Shown here: positions 1-12,673 of the stretch, in pieces
Layout of the letters: the number at the start of each line of letters is the position of its first letter
Position numbering within the stretch: position 1 is the stretch's first letter
From: Podarcis bocagei
Lineage: Eukaryota
DNA: 64,000 nucleotides
NCBI GenBank assembly: GCA_964188305.1
Contig: OZ076893.1
Reading direction: 5' to 3' (one strand)
Program-made: the position numbers and the translations under genes
Notes under the pieces: model-generated
Told to the model about the DNA's origin: nothing
Seen by the model: only the letters and a program-made list of their open reading frames with translations
Databases searched by the model: none

Positions 1-1654
1 GGGAAATATTGCAAAGGATTTTTGGTGGAGATGAATTGTTGCTTAGTCAAAACATGAGATCAGTTCTGTGGTTTCTGAGGCAAATCAGAAATTTACTTAT
101 AAGCTTATTCCACCTTCTTAACAACCCTGAACTTGCATATCAGAATATAACTGATCTGCAGAAAGGACTTTATGATCTGAAAATAAAGACAATGTACGCA
201 CTTTTGTAGCCCAAGATAATCTTTAATAACCTTTAATAAAAACAATTAAAAAGTGAGCGAGAGAGAGAAAATCAGCTAGTTCTGGCCAGTGAGAGAAATG
301 AACCAACTTAAGGATGTATATTCAAAACTGAAACAGGGAATTGCAGTCTATTTAGGGTTCACTGTGGTGGTGTGAAATTCCAGGCACTCTAGATGGCACC
401 TTTGAGCTATATTGGAATATAGAACTATATCACAGGTACAAATAAAAAATGTGTTGTGTGAGGGGTGCTGGCATTGTATTAGTTACCAGTTATCAATAAA
501 GACCTTTTGGAATCATTATGAATAGCCACTTCAAATGGTCAGGTAAGTGCACTGCAGTTGTCAATCAGAAATCAGAACAGAGCAAGAACATAATACAAAA
601 GCTGTTATAAAGGTCCAACCATGCTTCGAGAAAATTGTGCTGTTCCTGATCATGCTTAAAAAGAATATAGCACAACTCAAAAGAAGTAAAGAAAAGGCCA
701 ATGAAAACTATCAAGAAAGACAAGTCTTCCATATGAGGTAAGTTTAAAAGATTAATGCTGATCCTAAGCCACACTGCAGGGGAGCAAAGAAGTGGAAGCG
801 CTATGGAGAGGCTATAGGGCATTTTTTCCCTTGTTCACACTGGGATCACCACACTCAATAGCCATTTCCAACCATTTTACACAATGCTAAAACAAACTCA
901 GATTCAATACACCAGCAAATAACAACAACATATGCAATAAGCTATGCAATACAGTACCAGATTTCATTCAGTTGTTTTTTTAATGTCACCTTTAATGTAT
1001 GTCTCGGTGTTACATATAACAGAAATGTTGACGCTGAATATTTTTTTAGAACATATGGAATACACATAAGGTTGCTGCACTCCCAGAATGACTGTGTGGA
1101 ACTGTAATCCTGTTACCTGAATAACAGCTATACGAGTGGGACTTCATTATATTTAGGAAATTCATTAGCACACTGATCATTAAAAGTTTATGTGAGATGT
1201 GTGGGTAGGTGGGAATCATCCATAAAATAATCCTGTCATAATATAAAGCACCATGCAAAATACCTAGGACACAGCATACCTATATAAAAAGCTACAGTTT
1301 GCTGCAGTGTAATCCACATTTTTTTTGAATCAATAACTGAAATGTTTGGGTCATGCACCTGACTGCCCCGTGTCCATTGCTTGCTATGGGGTGGGAGGAG
1401 AGAAGAAGACAATTATAATTTGTAAATCTCAACCAACATCACTAGCATATATGAGCATGTACCTAAATGCATTGCAAGAGGAACATGCTGGACAATTCTG
1501 CTTTGTTATGGTAAGTAAAGCAAGATCCTCTGAGTTGTTTTACTTTGGAGCTTCTCCCAGGAGGATCATTTGCTTGGAAGGATAGATATTCCTATATCAG
1601 AATGAAAGTACAAAAGGCATACACCCCATCTGAGGAATTATTGTAACATGCTGG

Positions 1655-1695
1655 TGCAGTTTTTGGTTGAGACTCTGGGTGTCGCTGCTCCCTAA
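1655..1695 (+). promoter_or_regulatory. CSE / CTCF site of exon 1 promoter (CGCT type)
   Basis: TGCAGT...GACTCTGGGTGTCGCTG; CGCT at 1683, 209 bp before ATG. Confidence 0.85.
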
Positions 1696-1891
1696 CCAGG
1701 CAGAGAAATGCACTGAGAGATGCTGCCATCTCAGTGCTGCTGCTCCACCTAGAAAGAGAATGCAAGGGAACAGAAACAAAGAAGATCTAGGAAGGTCTAG
1801 ATCCATTGGATTTGCTATTTTATTTTATTTTTGCTAAAATATTGGACCATCCAGGTTTAAGGGACTGAAAGTAAGAAGATAACATCTGGAA

Positions 1892-4321
1892 ATGGCTATT
1901 GCAACACATTTCTGTTTTAGGTTCTACAAGGACACAGCTTTCATTTCCATCATATTTTTTTGCATCGCATGTGAGACTGCTGCTGAACAGATTCAATATT
2001 CAGTTCCTGAGGAAATGCCAAAAGGTTCCTTTGTGGGGAATATTGCAAAGGATCTTAGACTGGATATAAAGGATTTTTCACATTATGGAGTCAGCTTTGT
2101 TTGCAGAGGTAAGATGGAATATTTTGCTTTAAACAATAAGAATGGCCATTTATACATTAAGGAAAGACTGGACAGAGAGCAGACCTGTCCCCAGATACAA
2201 AGATGTCTCTTTAATTGTGAAGTTATTATAGAAGATGCAATGAAGATTTATACAATTGAAGTAGAAATAATTGATGTCAACGACAATGCTCCAAGCTTCA
2301 AATCAGCTCAACTCCAGATAAAAATCAGTGAGGTGACTGAAGGTGGGACACGATTCCGTCTGGAAGATGCCCAGGATCCAGATTTAGGGATGAATTCTGT
2401 CCAGAATTATAAACTCAGTGCAAACAAACACTTTTCTCTGGATGTGCAAACTGGATTGGATAGTGCAATATATGCAGAGATTGTACTGGAAACATCATTG
2501 GACCGAGAAGAACAAAATGTGCATGACCTTATTCTCACCGCCTTTGATGGGGGGGACCCACCCAAATCTGGCACAACCCAAATCCATATTATTGTCCTTG
2601 ATGCAAATGACAATGCACCCATTTTTAGCCAACCTGTATACAAAGTGACCATTGCAGAAAATGTGCCCACAGGCTATACAGTAGTCACAGTAAAAGCCAC
2701 TGACCTGGATGAAGGAATCAACAGAGAAATAACATACTCCTTCAGAAAAATATCTGACAAAGCTTCTCAGAACTTCCACATAAACTCAGAGACAGGTGAA
2801 ATTATTCTTGTGGGGAAGCTGGATTATGAAGAATCTACACTGTATGAAATAGAGATTCAGGCCATTGATGGGGGAGGACTATTTAATATATCAAAAGCTG
2901 TGATATTTGTAAGTGATGTTAATGACAACACACCTGAAATAGCTGTCAGGTCACTTGCCAATTCAGTTCCTGAGGATTCTGAAGCTGGAACTGCCATTGC
3001 CTTGATAAACGTGCACGATGATGATTCTGGAGAGAATGGGAAAGTCATATGCTCTATTCCAAGTAATATCCCTTTCCAATTAACAAAAGCAAATGCTAAC
3101 TATTACACTATGGTCATTGCTAGACCGCTGGACAGGGAGCAAGTAGCAGCCTACAACATCACCATCACAGCCTCAGATCACGGGATGCCACCTCTTTCAT
3201 CAACCACCTTAATCCTCCTTCAGGTTTTAGACAAGAATGACAATGCTCCATACTTTATGCAACCAGAATACACTTTTTACCTTGTAGAGAACAACCAGAG
3301 AGGGGACTCTATATTTTCTCTGAAAACAGAGGATCCAGACTGGGGGGAAAATTCAAAAACAACCTATTCCATCATTGAAAGTCAAATGTTTGATTCCTCA
3401 CTCTCCTCCTACCTTTCCATTAATTCGGAAACAGGGGTTGGCTATGCCTTGAAAACCTTTGATTATGAAGAGTTTCGGGAGATTAAGTTCCATGTAAGGG
3501 CTCAGGACGGAGGTTCTCCACCACTCAGCTCCAACGTCTCAGTGACTCTCTTCATCCTGGACCAGAATGACAATGCTCCCCAAATCCTGTACCCTTCCCC
3601 TCCCACTGATGGCTCCACGGGGATAGAGCTGGCCCCTCGCTCCTCAGAGCCAGGCTACCTGGTCACTAAGGTGGTGGCCGTGGATGCGGACTCTGGCCAG
3701 AATGCCTGGCTCTCCTACCAGCTGATCAAGGCCACCGAGCCAGGGCTCTTCACTCTGGGGCTCCACACGGGAGAGATCAGGACGGCCCGCTTCTTTCTGG
3801 AGAAAGATGCCCTCAAGCAAAGCCTGGTGGTTTTAGTCAAGGACTATGGGCAGCCTCCAATGTCGGCGTCAGTCACTGTCACTGTGGTCTTGGCTGACAG
3901 CATCCCTGATATGCTGACTGATCTGAGCAGTGTCCCAGTATCTGAAGACCCACAGTCAGATCTCACCTTCTACTTGGTGACTGCAGTGGCTTTTGTCTCC
4001 TGCTTGTTCCTCGCCTTCCTCCTTGTGTTACTGGCACTCAAACTTCGCAGGTGGAAAAATTCTCAGCTGCCTGATAATGCAAGTTTGAATTTCAGTGGTG
4101 CACCAGTTTCACAGTTTGTGGGGATTGATGGAGTCCGGGCATTTCTTCAGTCTTATTGTCATGAGGTTTCACTGACTTCAGGCTCTCGGAAAAGTCAGAT
4201 TCTTTTTCCAATTGGAAGTTGTACCAATACTCTGACACCACAACAGGCTCCGGATAAGCCAGGTCCTGTGTTACTCATAGGTGATTCTAACACAGGTACG
4301 GAGGAGGCAGCAATCCATCAG
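1892..4321 (+). CDS. PCDHGA: Protocadherin gamma-A-like variable exon 1 (SP, EC1-6, TM, type-I cytoplasmic tail); splices to constant exons outside the window
   Basis: 813-aa ORF with cadherin motifs (YSVPEE, LDRE, DxNDNAP) and gamma-A tail [21 protein letters not shown]; donor CAG|GTGAGT after 4321, 810 codons, phase 0. Paralog number cannot be assigned. Confidence 0.93.
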
Positions 4322-5389
4322 GTGAGTAAATAAATTTCAATACTTTGGCCCTCATTATTCAATAGGTGTTATTTTATGAAATTTAAAAGAATTTCTAAAA
4401 TAACAAATCCTGGAAAAATCTGTTTATGCTTTCTGTAATAAAGATGTAAAGAGAGATGGTGTTTCATTAAATGATGAAGCACTTACTTTATTGATTCTGA
4501 TAAATAATGTATTTTGATCTATGTCATATTTTAAACAAATTTTCTAAGGATAACAGAAATCTGGATCAGATTTTGTTTTGATAGGAAACTTGTGTATTAT
4601 TCCTATAAACCTTTATTGTGCATAACTTATATTGAAATCCACCTTCTGACCAGGTTAGAAACAGTCACAGAAAGGCCAATATTCTTTGTTCTATCACAGA
4701 AGTGTTTAGGAGGCTGGCAATGATCCTTGGCTTTTCCACTTGCCTGCCACAATGCAGGAAGTTGCTGGAGAGGGGAAAGGAGCAGTACTAAGGTCTGGTC
4801 AGCTGCATACAATCTGAACTATATTTAAGGCAATAGACAGGCACATACATCAGCACAGCTTTGTGACCTAGCATTTCTTTTTAACCTTTTATAATACGGT
4901 TGTCAGTGATGGATGGTCTGCAAGAACAGACATTTGTCTCTATTCTGTGAAGCTACTCAGGTTTGTAGCCAAACCACTCAGTGATCCTACAGCAGAACGC
5001 TTGCCCACAGTTATCTTTTCAGCAGATAAGAGGGCGTGCAAGTGATAGAACAGCCTTCACATGAGGTTTTGTTTAGGAATGTACAACTTTTGCTACTGAA
5101 ACTCAATAAAAGTTATTTTGGAGTTCCTTGAAATGGTTGGCTCATTGAAATGCAAGAAGATAATGTTGTTATAATGATGTAGCCACCAATATCATGCAGT
5201 TTGGATTACTTCCACCATGAAAAGTTATAGCATGACTGAAAAAAATGTGGAGAAGGACAATAACGATTTTCAGTGATGAAAATGCATCCTTATGAGGAGA
5301 GTTCAAATCATTCATGCATAGCTTCAGGCAGCAGTGGACAGAGCATGGTGGGCAGCCTGGCCTCCTGGCAGGTGAGTCGCTGCCCTTTA

Positions 5390-5405
5390 CCATGAGGGGG
5401 CACTG
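5390..5405 (+). promoter_or_regulatory. Candidate intergenic forward CTCF motif
   Basis: CCATGAGGGGGCACTG closely matches the CTCF core CCASYAGRKGGCRS; motif match only. Confidence 0.45.
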
Positions 5406-6602
5406 CAGCAGTGGGGTTGGCACACTGCAGATGCAATCCAGAAAAAGAGCATGGTATTAAAATCAAGTGTGTAAAACAGACATAAACTTGATTGATTTAA
5501 TCTTTCTCTGGATTATGGTCCTGAGCTTAGAAGCACAGTTACTATAGTTCTAAAAAATCATTTTTACTTTAATCTGTTCCTCCTTTTTAGTGCTCATGGT
5601 TCTATGGATTTCATAAGGTGAATAAAAACTGGTACATGCCAAGCTTCTGTATTTAGATCGCATAGCAGTAATTAATTTCATGATCTTAATCTATGTTGGC
5701 CTCAGTGTTATACACGTGCACAAGAAGCTCCTTTGTTGGTACTTTTTGGTCTAATGATTTCCACATTGTTGTGTGACAGATGAATCTAAGAAAGCATTCA
5801 CTGAAGGATTCTCCAGTGGTCCAGGCTCCAACACTAAACAGCAATGAAGGTTCAAACACTCCCTTCATCAGGTCATATTAAATTACCCACATGAAAAGGC
5901 TATGTTAAAATCCAGATAGGATCCTGTACATGTTGAAATATAGAGCTGAGCTGAATGAGCTTTCAAAATTAACTTTTTACAATGGAAATTGGGACATTGT
6001 GGTGCTAAGGAGGACAAATGTTCAGAAATGGGGTAAGGAGCTTACTAGGGAAAGCAACAGAGGCAAATTCTCCCTCCCTTTTAGGCTGTATACACAGCAC
6101 ACACTTAAAGCACATGGCTTTCCCCAAAGAATCCCAGGAACCATATTTTACCCCTCACAGAGCTAAAATTCCCGGCATCCTTAACAACCTACAGTTCCTT
6201 GGATTCTGTGGGTGGGTGTGCATATGCAGCCAGTTTAGCTGGTTCTACAAGCAGTGGCAGCAATGGGACACAATGTTCCTATGTAATGCTTCAGTTATGT
6301 GACATTAAGAAGCCCTTCCAGAGGCCTTGTGTGCTCTGTTGAAGAATGTGGTGGTCCCTCACTGGCAGAGAACATCTGCTCAGCTGCTTCCACTTCCCAT
6401 ATATTGGTGCCTCTAGATGCACAAAAGGCTTCAGTCATCTACCACAAGTTGGAAGGCCATGGAACCAGCCACAGAGGGGTATGTGTGGTGGTGCCAGCCT
6501 TGCATCCTTGTACTACTGTCTCAATAACGTACTTACTATTTACTATTATTGCTTGAAGCGAGCTTTGATGGCAAAGGAAACTGCATTACATGAATTCAGG
6601 CA

Positions 6603-6644
<42 letters not shown>

Positions 6645-6860
6645 TTATTTATACCCCACCCATCTGGCTGGGCTTCCCCAGCCACTCTGGGCGGCTTCCA
6701 ACAAAATATTAAAATGCTGTAATGCATCAAACATTAAAAGCTTCCCTAAACAGGGCTGCCTTCGGATGTCTTCTAAAAGTCTGGTAGTTGTTGTTCTCTT
6801 TGACATCTGGTGGGAGGGCGTTCCACAGGGTGGGCACCACTACCGAGAAGGCCCTCTGCC
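6603..6860 (-). mobile_element. L2-like LINE 3' fragment with (AAT)n tail
   Basis: (AAT)14 at 6603-6644 followed by TTTATACCCCACCCATCTGGCTGGG...GAGAAGGCCCTCTGCC; a related copy is at 13376. Confidence 0.65.
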
Positions 6861-7110
6861 CTCTGCATTCATTCAGTGTGGTATTGTCTACCACATTTAG
6901 TCTTCTAAATCTTTAGACTATCTATGGTCATATTCTCGAAAAGGTTTCCTTTAAAATGGAAAATAAACATGTGTCTTAACTGAACATTTCCCATAAATAT
7001 TTTAGAACAAAATGTTGAGATGATTATTGAAAGCAAATGCTACTCATTTATGAAATTCCACTGTGCTTTTCTGTGCCAAAGAAATTTATTCAGGGTCTCT
7101 GGAAGGACTC

Positions 7111-7467
7111 ACAGACCCTCCAAGTACCCCTATTTTCCAAGAACAGCTCCAGATTTACAGAAGCCATCCTGGTTTCTGATTTGATCCTGCAATGTCCCAC
7201 TTTTCCTTAGGATGTTCCTATTTTCATCACAGAAATGTTGGAGGGTATGTCCGTATTTTCATCGGAGAAATGTTGGAGGGACATGGAATGGGATGGCCAA
7301 GGGGCTTTTTTTCAGCCAGAACTCACCAGAACTCAGTTCCAGCATCTCTCAGGTGGGCGCCATTGCAAGAGAACAAGGGAGGCATTCATGGTGAGTTCCA
7401 GAACCTCTTTTTCTAGGAAAATAACGCTGGACGTCCCTTTTTTCAACAGAGAAATGCTGGAGGGTAT
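7111..7467. mobile_element. Nested non-autonomous DNA-transposon (MITE) fragments
   Basis: Inverted ends CCCTCCAA...TTGGAGGG (7116-7245) and repeated AAATGTTGGAGGG; internal 7299-7429 shares TTTTTCAGC...CTCTCAGGTGGGCGCC with 12800-12861. Confidence 0.5.
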
Positions 7468-8029
7468 TGTCTCACAGTCACAGCAAATGCAGAGAAACAT
7501 CAAATGATAAATTGACATGTACTAGGTTTTTACATAAACAGCACAATTTACATAAATGACACAAAATGAAAAAATAGTGCCACTCCTTGGTTGCCATCAG
7601 AGCCTTGGCCTGGCTACTGGCCACAATGGGAGGAAGACTGCCTCTGTCCACTGGCTTCAGCTCCACAGCCGCCTTCCCAAAAGGCTGTCAACACCAACAA
7701 CTCAGGGAAATGAAAGGAACAAGTCCTTTATAAAGTAAAAGAACCAAAGCCGACAGGGAATTACACTTTTGGGAACTGTGTAGTTCGTTTTGAATTTTTA
7801 AATCAAACCTCAGTCCTGACCTGCAGTTAAGGGCTCAGGGCCTTACAGGGATGGCCAAACTTCATCCTCACTGGCTGAGGTAAGTGATCTCCCTTTCTTA
7901 CAAAGGGGTAACTGCCCATGATGGCGGCTGCTCCTAGCTTCCGCTCTCTTACAGGGCATGTGTATATCCTTCCTCCAGAAGTCTTAAAGGACAATTCACA
8001 AGCACAAATAAGTATAGATTTATTTGTAT

Positions 8030-8671
8030 TGTAGCCTTATTGGAGTTCACTGATTGGGTCTGCATTGCTCCGTGACAGGAGGAAGGAAGTCAAATGACAC
8101 CGAGGTTGGTTCAAAGAAAGAGTTTATTCTGCTCTCCGGATAGCAGAAGGCACTTGCGTGATCACGTCCACAGCAAGTCCAAAGAAATGACAGTTTTCAT
8201 GCAGTTTATATATCCTCCAGGCACCCTCTCACTCCTCCCCTAGGAGCCCAACCACGTCGGCCTACGTACACAGGTTGACATCACATATGTTCCTGCTCTG
8301 GTACTCTCAACCATAAAAGGATCTTCCTTCCTGTACTTCTGACCATAAAAGGATCTTCCTCTTCCTACTCTGATCTGGGATGCAGAGGTCACCATTTCCA
8401 AGAACACACTCTGGCGTTATTCCCAGACGTGGGTCTGCGCGTCTTTGTGGTCAGCACATAAGTTAAAGTTCTGACGTGTTTTCGTTGTTCCCCTGGGGAG
8501 CCATCCCTTGCCTGTCCTGATAAAGGACAGAACTGTTTATGCAGTTGTGTCCTTATTATGGTTTTGCTCAACAGTTCAAGTTTTACGCATTTAAAAGTGC
8601 TCTCTTTTGAAAGAACAAAAGGGGGGGTTGAGTCAGTTTTTAAACTTACTACACAGAAACCCATTCCTTCA
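8030..8671 (-). mobile_element. ERV-like solo LTR (642 bp)
   Basis: TG...CA termini (minus strand TGAAGGAA...GGCTACA); 4-bp TSD GTAT at 8026-8029 and 8672-8675; minus-strand TATATAAA (8205-8212) and AATAAA (8123-8128); U3 direct repeat ACCATAAAAGGATCTTCCT x2. Confidence 0.75.
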
Positions 8672-9323
8672 GTATAGCTTGGAACACAAACTTCTTCCTT
8701 CCACCATGGACATAACTATTTCTACACTGAAAGGGTTTAAGCATAACTACCGTAACTACATTTACATAGGCTAAGGAAGAAAAGACCCACATCTAATTCT
8801 ACACATTTTAAAGTAACCTTTATTTCTTTGTAGCTAGGCTACAGACTGGGCAAATCTGATGGAAACATCAGATCAGTGACAAAAATTCTATATGCTTTAA
8901 TAGATAGTAATTCCATCTAGTGAACTATGATAGATGGATATTCTAATGTGGAGCATCAGAATAAATAGCTCTCAAGGCTCTGATGCCTGACTTTTGAAGA
9001 TTGAAGCCCATGAATTAACATTGGTGTTCATGCATGGAATTTAGTCCTATTTTATTAAAATAAGTGAATAATCTCTTATACGCACTATTTTATACAGAGT
9101 TGTCAATAAATGCATAAAACACCAGTCTATTTTTTTTAAAAAAAATTGTAATAGCCAACAACAACCACCAGTACAAATTTATCTGAAGTCTAAATGTTTG
9201 ATGTTGTTTCTTTAGGGCAATTTTTCACTTTTAAAAATTTATACTCGTGTTATGCCCCTTCTTAAAGCAAAATATTTCTTTTATGATGGCAAATACAGGA
9301 CTACCAATGTAGGGAAAATAATC

Positions 9324-9364
9324 TCCAGTTTTCAGTTGAGCCTCTGAGTGTCGCTGTTCACTAA
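9324..9364 (+). promoter_or_regulatory. CSE / CTCF site (CGCT type)
   Basis: TCCAGT...GCCTCTGAGTGTCGCTGTTCAC; CGCT at 9352. Confidence 0.88.
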
Positions 9365-9559
9365 TCTGGCACAGGAAGACAGATATTCAGCTAACCCAGC
9401 CGCAGTATTCTTAAACACAGGCACAAAATATCTGATGCATCAAACTTGCACAGATATTGTAGGCACTGTTAAGAGAGACTTCTATTTTTTATTTTTTAAA
9501 AACCACTAATTTAAAACCCAGAAGCTCCTGAGTCCTAGAATTGATAGTGTTGCAAGATA

Positions 9560-11983
9560 ATGGAAGAAAATCAGAGGCTGTGGATCTGCAAAGAAAGGGT
9601 CTTGCAATGCCTCATAATTGTGCTTGCTTGGAAGATAGTTTCTGGGAAGATTCATTATTCCATTCCTGAGGAGATGCAGAAAGGCTCTTTTGTGGGGAAT
9701 ATTGCAAAGGATCTAGGAGTGGATGGAAATCATCTTTCAGACCACGGACTACGGATTGTTACCAGGACAGGTACGAGTCAGTATTTTGCTTTGAATTACA
9801 ACAGTGGCCATTTACAAACCTCTCAGAGAATAGACAGAGAGGAAGTCTGTGGAAGGGCAAAAAGGTGTGTTTTAAGTTTTGATGTTATAGTTGAGAGCAA
9901 AATAGAGATCTATGGGGTTGAAGTGGAAATTATTGATATAAATGATAATGCTCCCCAGTTCTCATCGGGGAAACAGGAACTGAAAATCAGTGAGGCATCT
10001 ACTGCCGGATCCCGGTTCCCTCTGCCTGAAGCTCAGGATCCAGACCTAGGGATAAATTCTATACAGACCTACCAACTCACAGGCAGTAGCCATTTTTCTC
10101 TGGAGGTGCAAGTTGAAGAAAATGGTGCCAAATCTGCTGTGCTGGTGTTGGGGAAAAATCTGGACCGGGAAGAGCAATCTGTTTTCAATCTGATCCTCAC
10201 AGCTACTGATGGAGGCGATCCAGTCAGGTCCAGCACTGCTAACATCCAAGTCATTGTTTTAGATGCAAATGACAATGCACCTGTTTTCAGCAAACCAATC
10301 TATGAAATGAGCATCAAGGAGAACATTCTGAACGGGTCCAGCATTGCTACAGTTAGTGCTACTGATCTGGATGAAGGACAAAACGGAGAGATAAAATATT
10401 CATTCAAAAAAATCACAAAGAAGGATTCCAAAATGTTTATTTTAAACTCAACAACTGGTACAATTACCTTAATGGGAAACCTTGATTATGAGGAATCATC
10501 CTCCTATGACTTTGAGGTGAAGGCTGAGGATGGAGGAGGGCTGAGTGACTGGTCAAAAGTTGTGATAATTGTTACGGATGTTAATGACAATGCGCCTGAA
10601 CTATCAATAACCTTTTTCATCAATACCATTTCTGAGAATTCACCAATAGGAACAGTTATTGCCCTTCTAAATGTACAAGATGAAGATTCAGGGGTCAATG
10701 GGGAGGTCACATGTTCAATTCCCAGTAAGCTCCCTTTCCAACTAAAACAGTCTTTTGATAACTTTTATAGTTTGGTGACACAAAGCAACCTTGACAGAGA
10801 GAACAAAGCAGACTACAACATCACTATCACAGCTACTGACCATGGAATTCCACCACTTTCTGTGTCAACTTTTATCCTACTTCAAATCCAAGACACAAAT
10901 GACAACCCACCTGTTTTTGCAGAACCATCTTACTTGGCTTATTTTACAGAGAACAATCCAAGAGGAGCTCAAGTATTTTCCTTAAAAGCAAACGATCCAG
11001 ACTGGGAGGAAAATGCCAGAATAAGTTATTCCATAATTGAAGGGAACATGGACAAATTCCTTATTACCTCCCACCTCTCCATAAACTCTGAGACAGGGGT
11101 CATCTATGCTCTGAGTTCTTTTGACTATGAAGAGATCAGGGAGCTGAAGTTCCTGGTCAAGGCTCAGGATGGAGGTTCTCCACCACTCAGCTCCAACGTC
11201 TCAGTGACTCTCTTCATCCTGGACCAGAATGACAATGCTCCCCAAATCCTATACCCCTCCCCTCCCACTGACGGCTCCACGGGGATAGAGCTGGCCCCTC
11301 GCTCCTCAGAGCCAGGCTACCTGGTCACTAAGGTGGTGGCCGTGGATGCGGACTCTGGCCAGAATGCCTGGCTCTCCTACCAGTTGACCAAGGCCACCGA
11401 GCCAGGTCTCTTCACTCTGGGGCTCCACACGGGAGAGATCAGGACAGCCCGATTCTTTCTGGAGAAAGATGCCCTCAAGCAAAGCCTGGTGGTTTTAGTC
11501 AAGGACAATGGGCAGCCTCCAATGTCGGCTTCAGTCACTGTCACTGTGGTCTTGGCTGACAGCATCCCTGATATGCTGACTGATCTGAGCAGCGTCCCAG
11601 TATCTGAAGACCCACAGTCAGATCTCACCTTCTACTTGGTGACTGCAGTGGCTTTTGTCTCCTGCTTGTTCCTCGCCTTCCTCCTTGTGCTATTGGCACT
11701 CAAACTTCGCAGATGGAAAAATTCTCAGTTGTGTGACAATGGAAGTGTGCATTTTGACAGTGCTCCCATCTCCCAGTTTGTGGGGATTGACGGAGTCCGG
11801 GCATTTCTTCAGTCTTATTGTCACGAGGTTTCACTGACTTCAGGCTCTCGGAAAAGTCAGATTCTTTTTCCAATTGGAAGCTGTACCAATACTCTGACAC
11901 CACAACAGGCTCCTGATAAGCCAGGCCCTGTGTTACTTATAGGTGATTCTAACACAGGTACGGAGGAGGCAGCAATCCATCAG
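9560..11983 (+). CDS. PCDHGA: Protocadherin gamma-A-like variable exon 2 (type-I tail)
   Basis: 818-aa ORF with six cadherin repeats and TM; donor CAG|GTGAGC after 11983 (808 codons, phase 0). Confidence 0.93.
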
Positions 11984-12440
11984 GTGAGCACAAAGATGTC
12001 AAGATTTCCCATTTGATCTTCCAGTATTCTAAAATGCATAGGAAACTTTCCTGAGTATAAAGATTTTCTGAATGCTGCTACTGCCATTGTTTAACAATGT
12101 ATAACGATCTCTAGAACAGATAGGTTGTCTTTCTTACTCTATGTCTTGGTGGTATGTCTTGTAGTGCTGATGGCAGGTGAAGTCATCTTGCATATTCTGT
12201 AGTGCGTTTCTACCATGTGCACAATGAACTTTGCCTTTTGAAAACATTCCGTTTTTGACCTTCTGAATGCCTGTAGATGCAACGCTCCCTTTTTCTCAAC
12301 AATTTTATGTGGGATTATAAATTGATGCTCCCCTTTTCATCAAATACAGGAGCTACATTCAGGCTTCAGTTCTTTGGCAACATGGTGCTGGTCAACGTAA
12401 ATGCTATATTTATCTTGTTTTTGTTTTTTATTTGAAGAAG

Positions 12441-12673
12441 NNNNNNNNNNNNNNNNNNNNNNNNNNNNNNNNNNNNNNNNNNNNNNNNNNNNNNNNNNNN
12501 NNNNNNNNNNNNNNNNNNNNNNNNNNNNNNNNNNNNNNNNNNNNNNNNNNNNNNNNNNNNNNNNNNNNNNNNNNNNNNNNNNNNNNNNNNNNNNNNNNNN
12601 NNNNNNNNNNNNNNNNNNNNNNNNNNNNNNNNNNNNNNNNNNNNNNNNNNNNNNNNNNNNNNNNNNNNNNNNN
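12441..12673. other. Assembly gap (233 N)
   Basis: Run of N. Confidence 1.

Noticed and set aside
6346-6900. 184-aa ORF with poly-Ile
   Set aside because: Translation of an (AAT)n tail and an L2-like fragment
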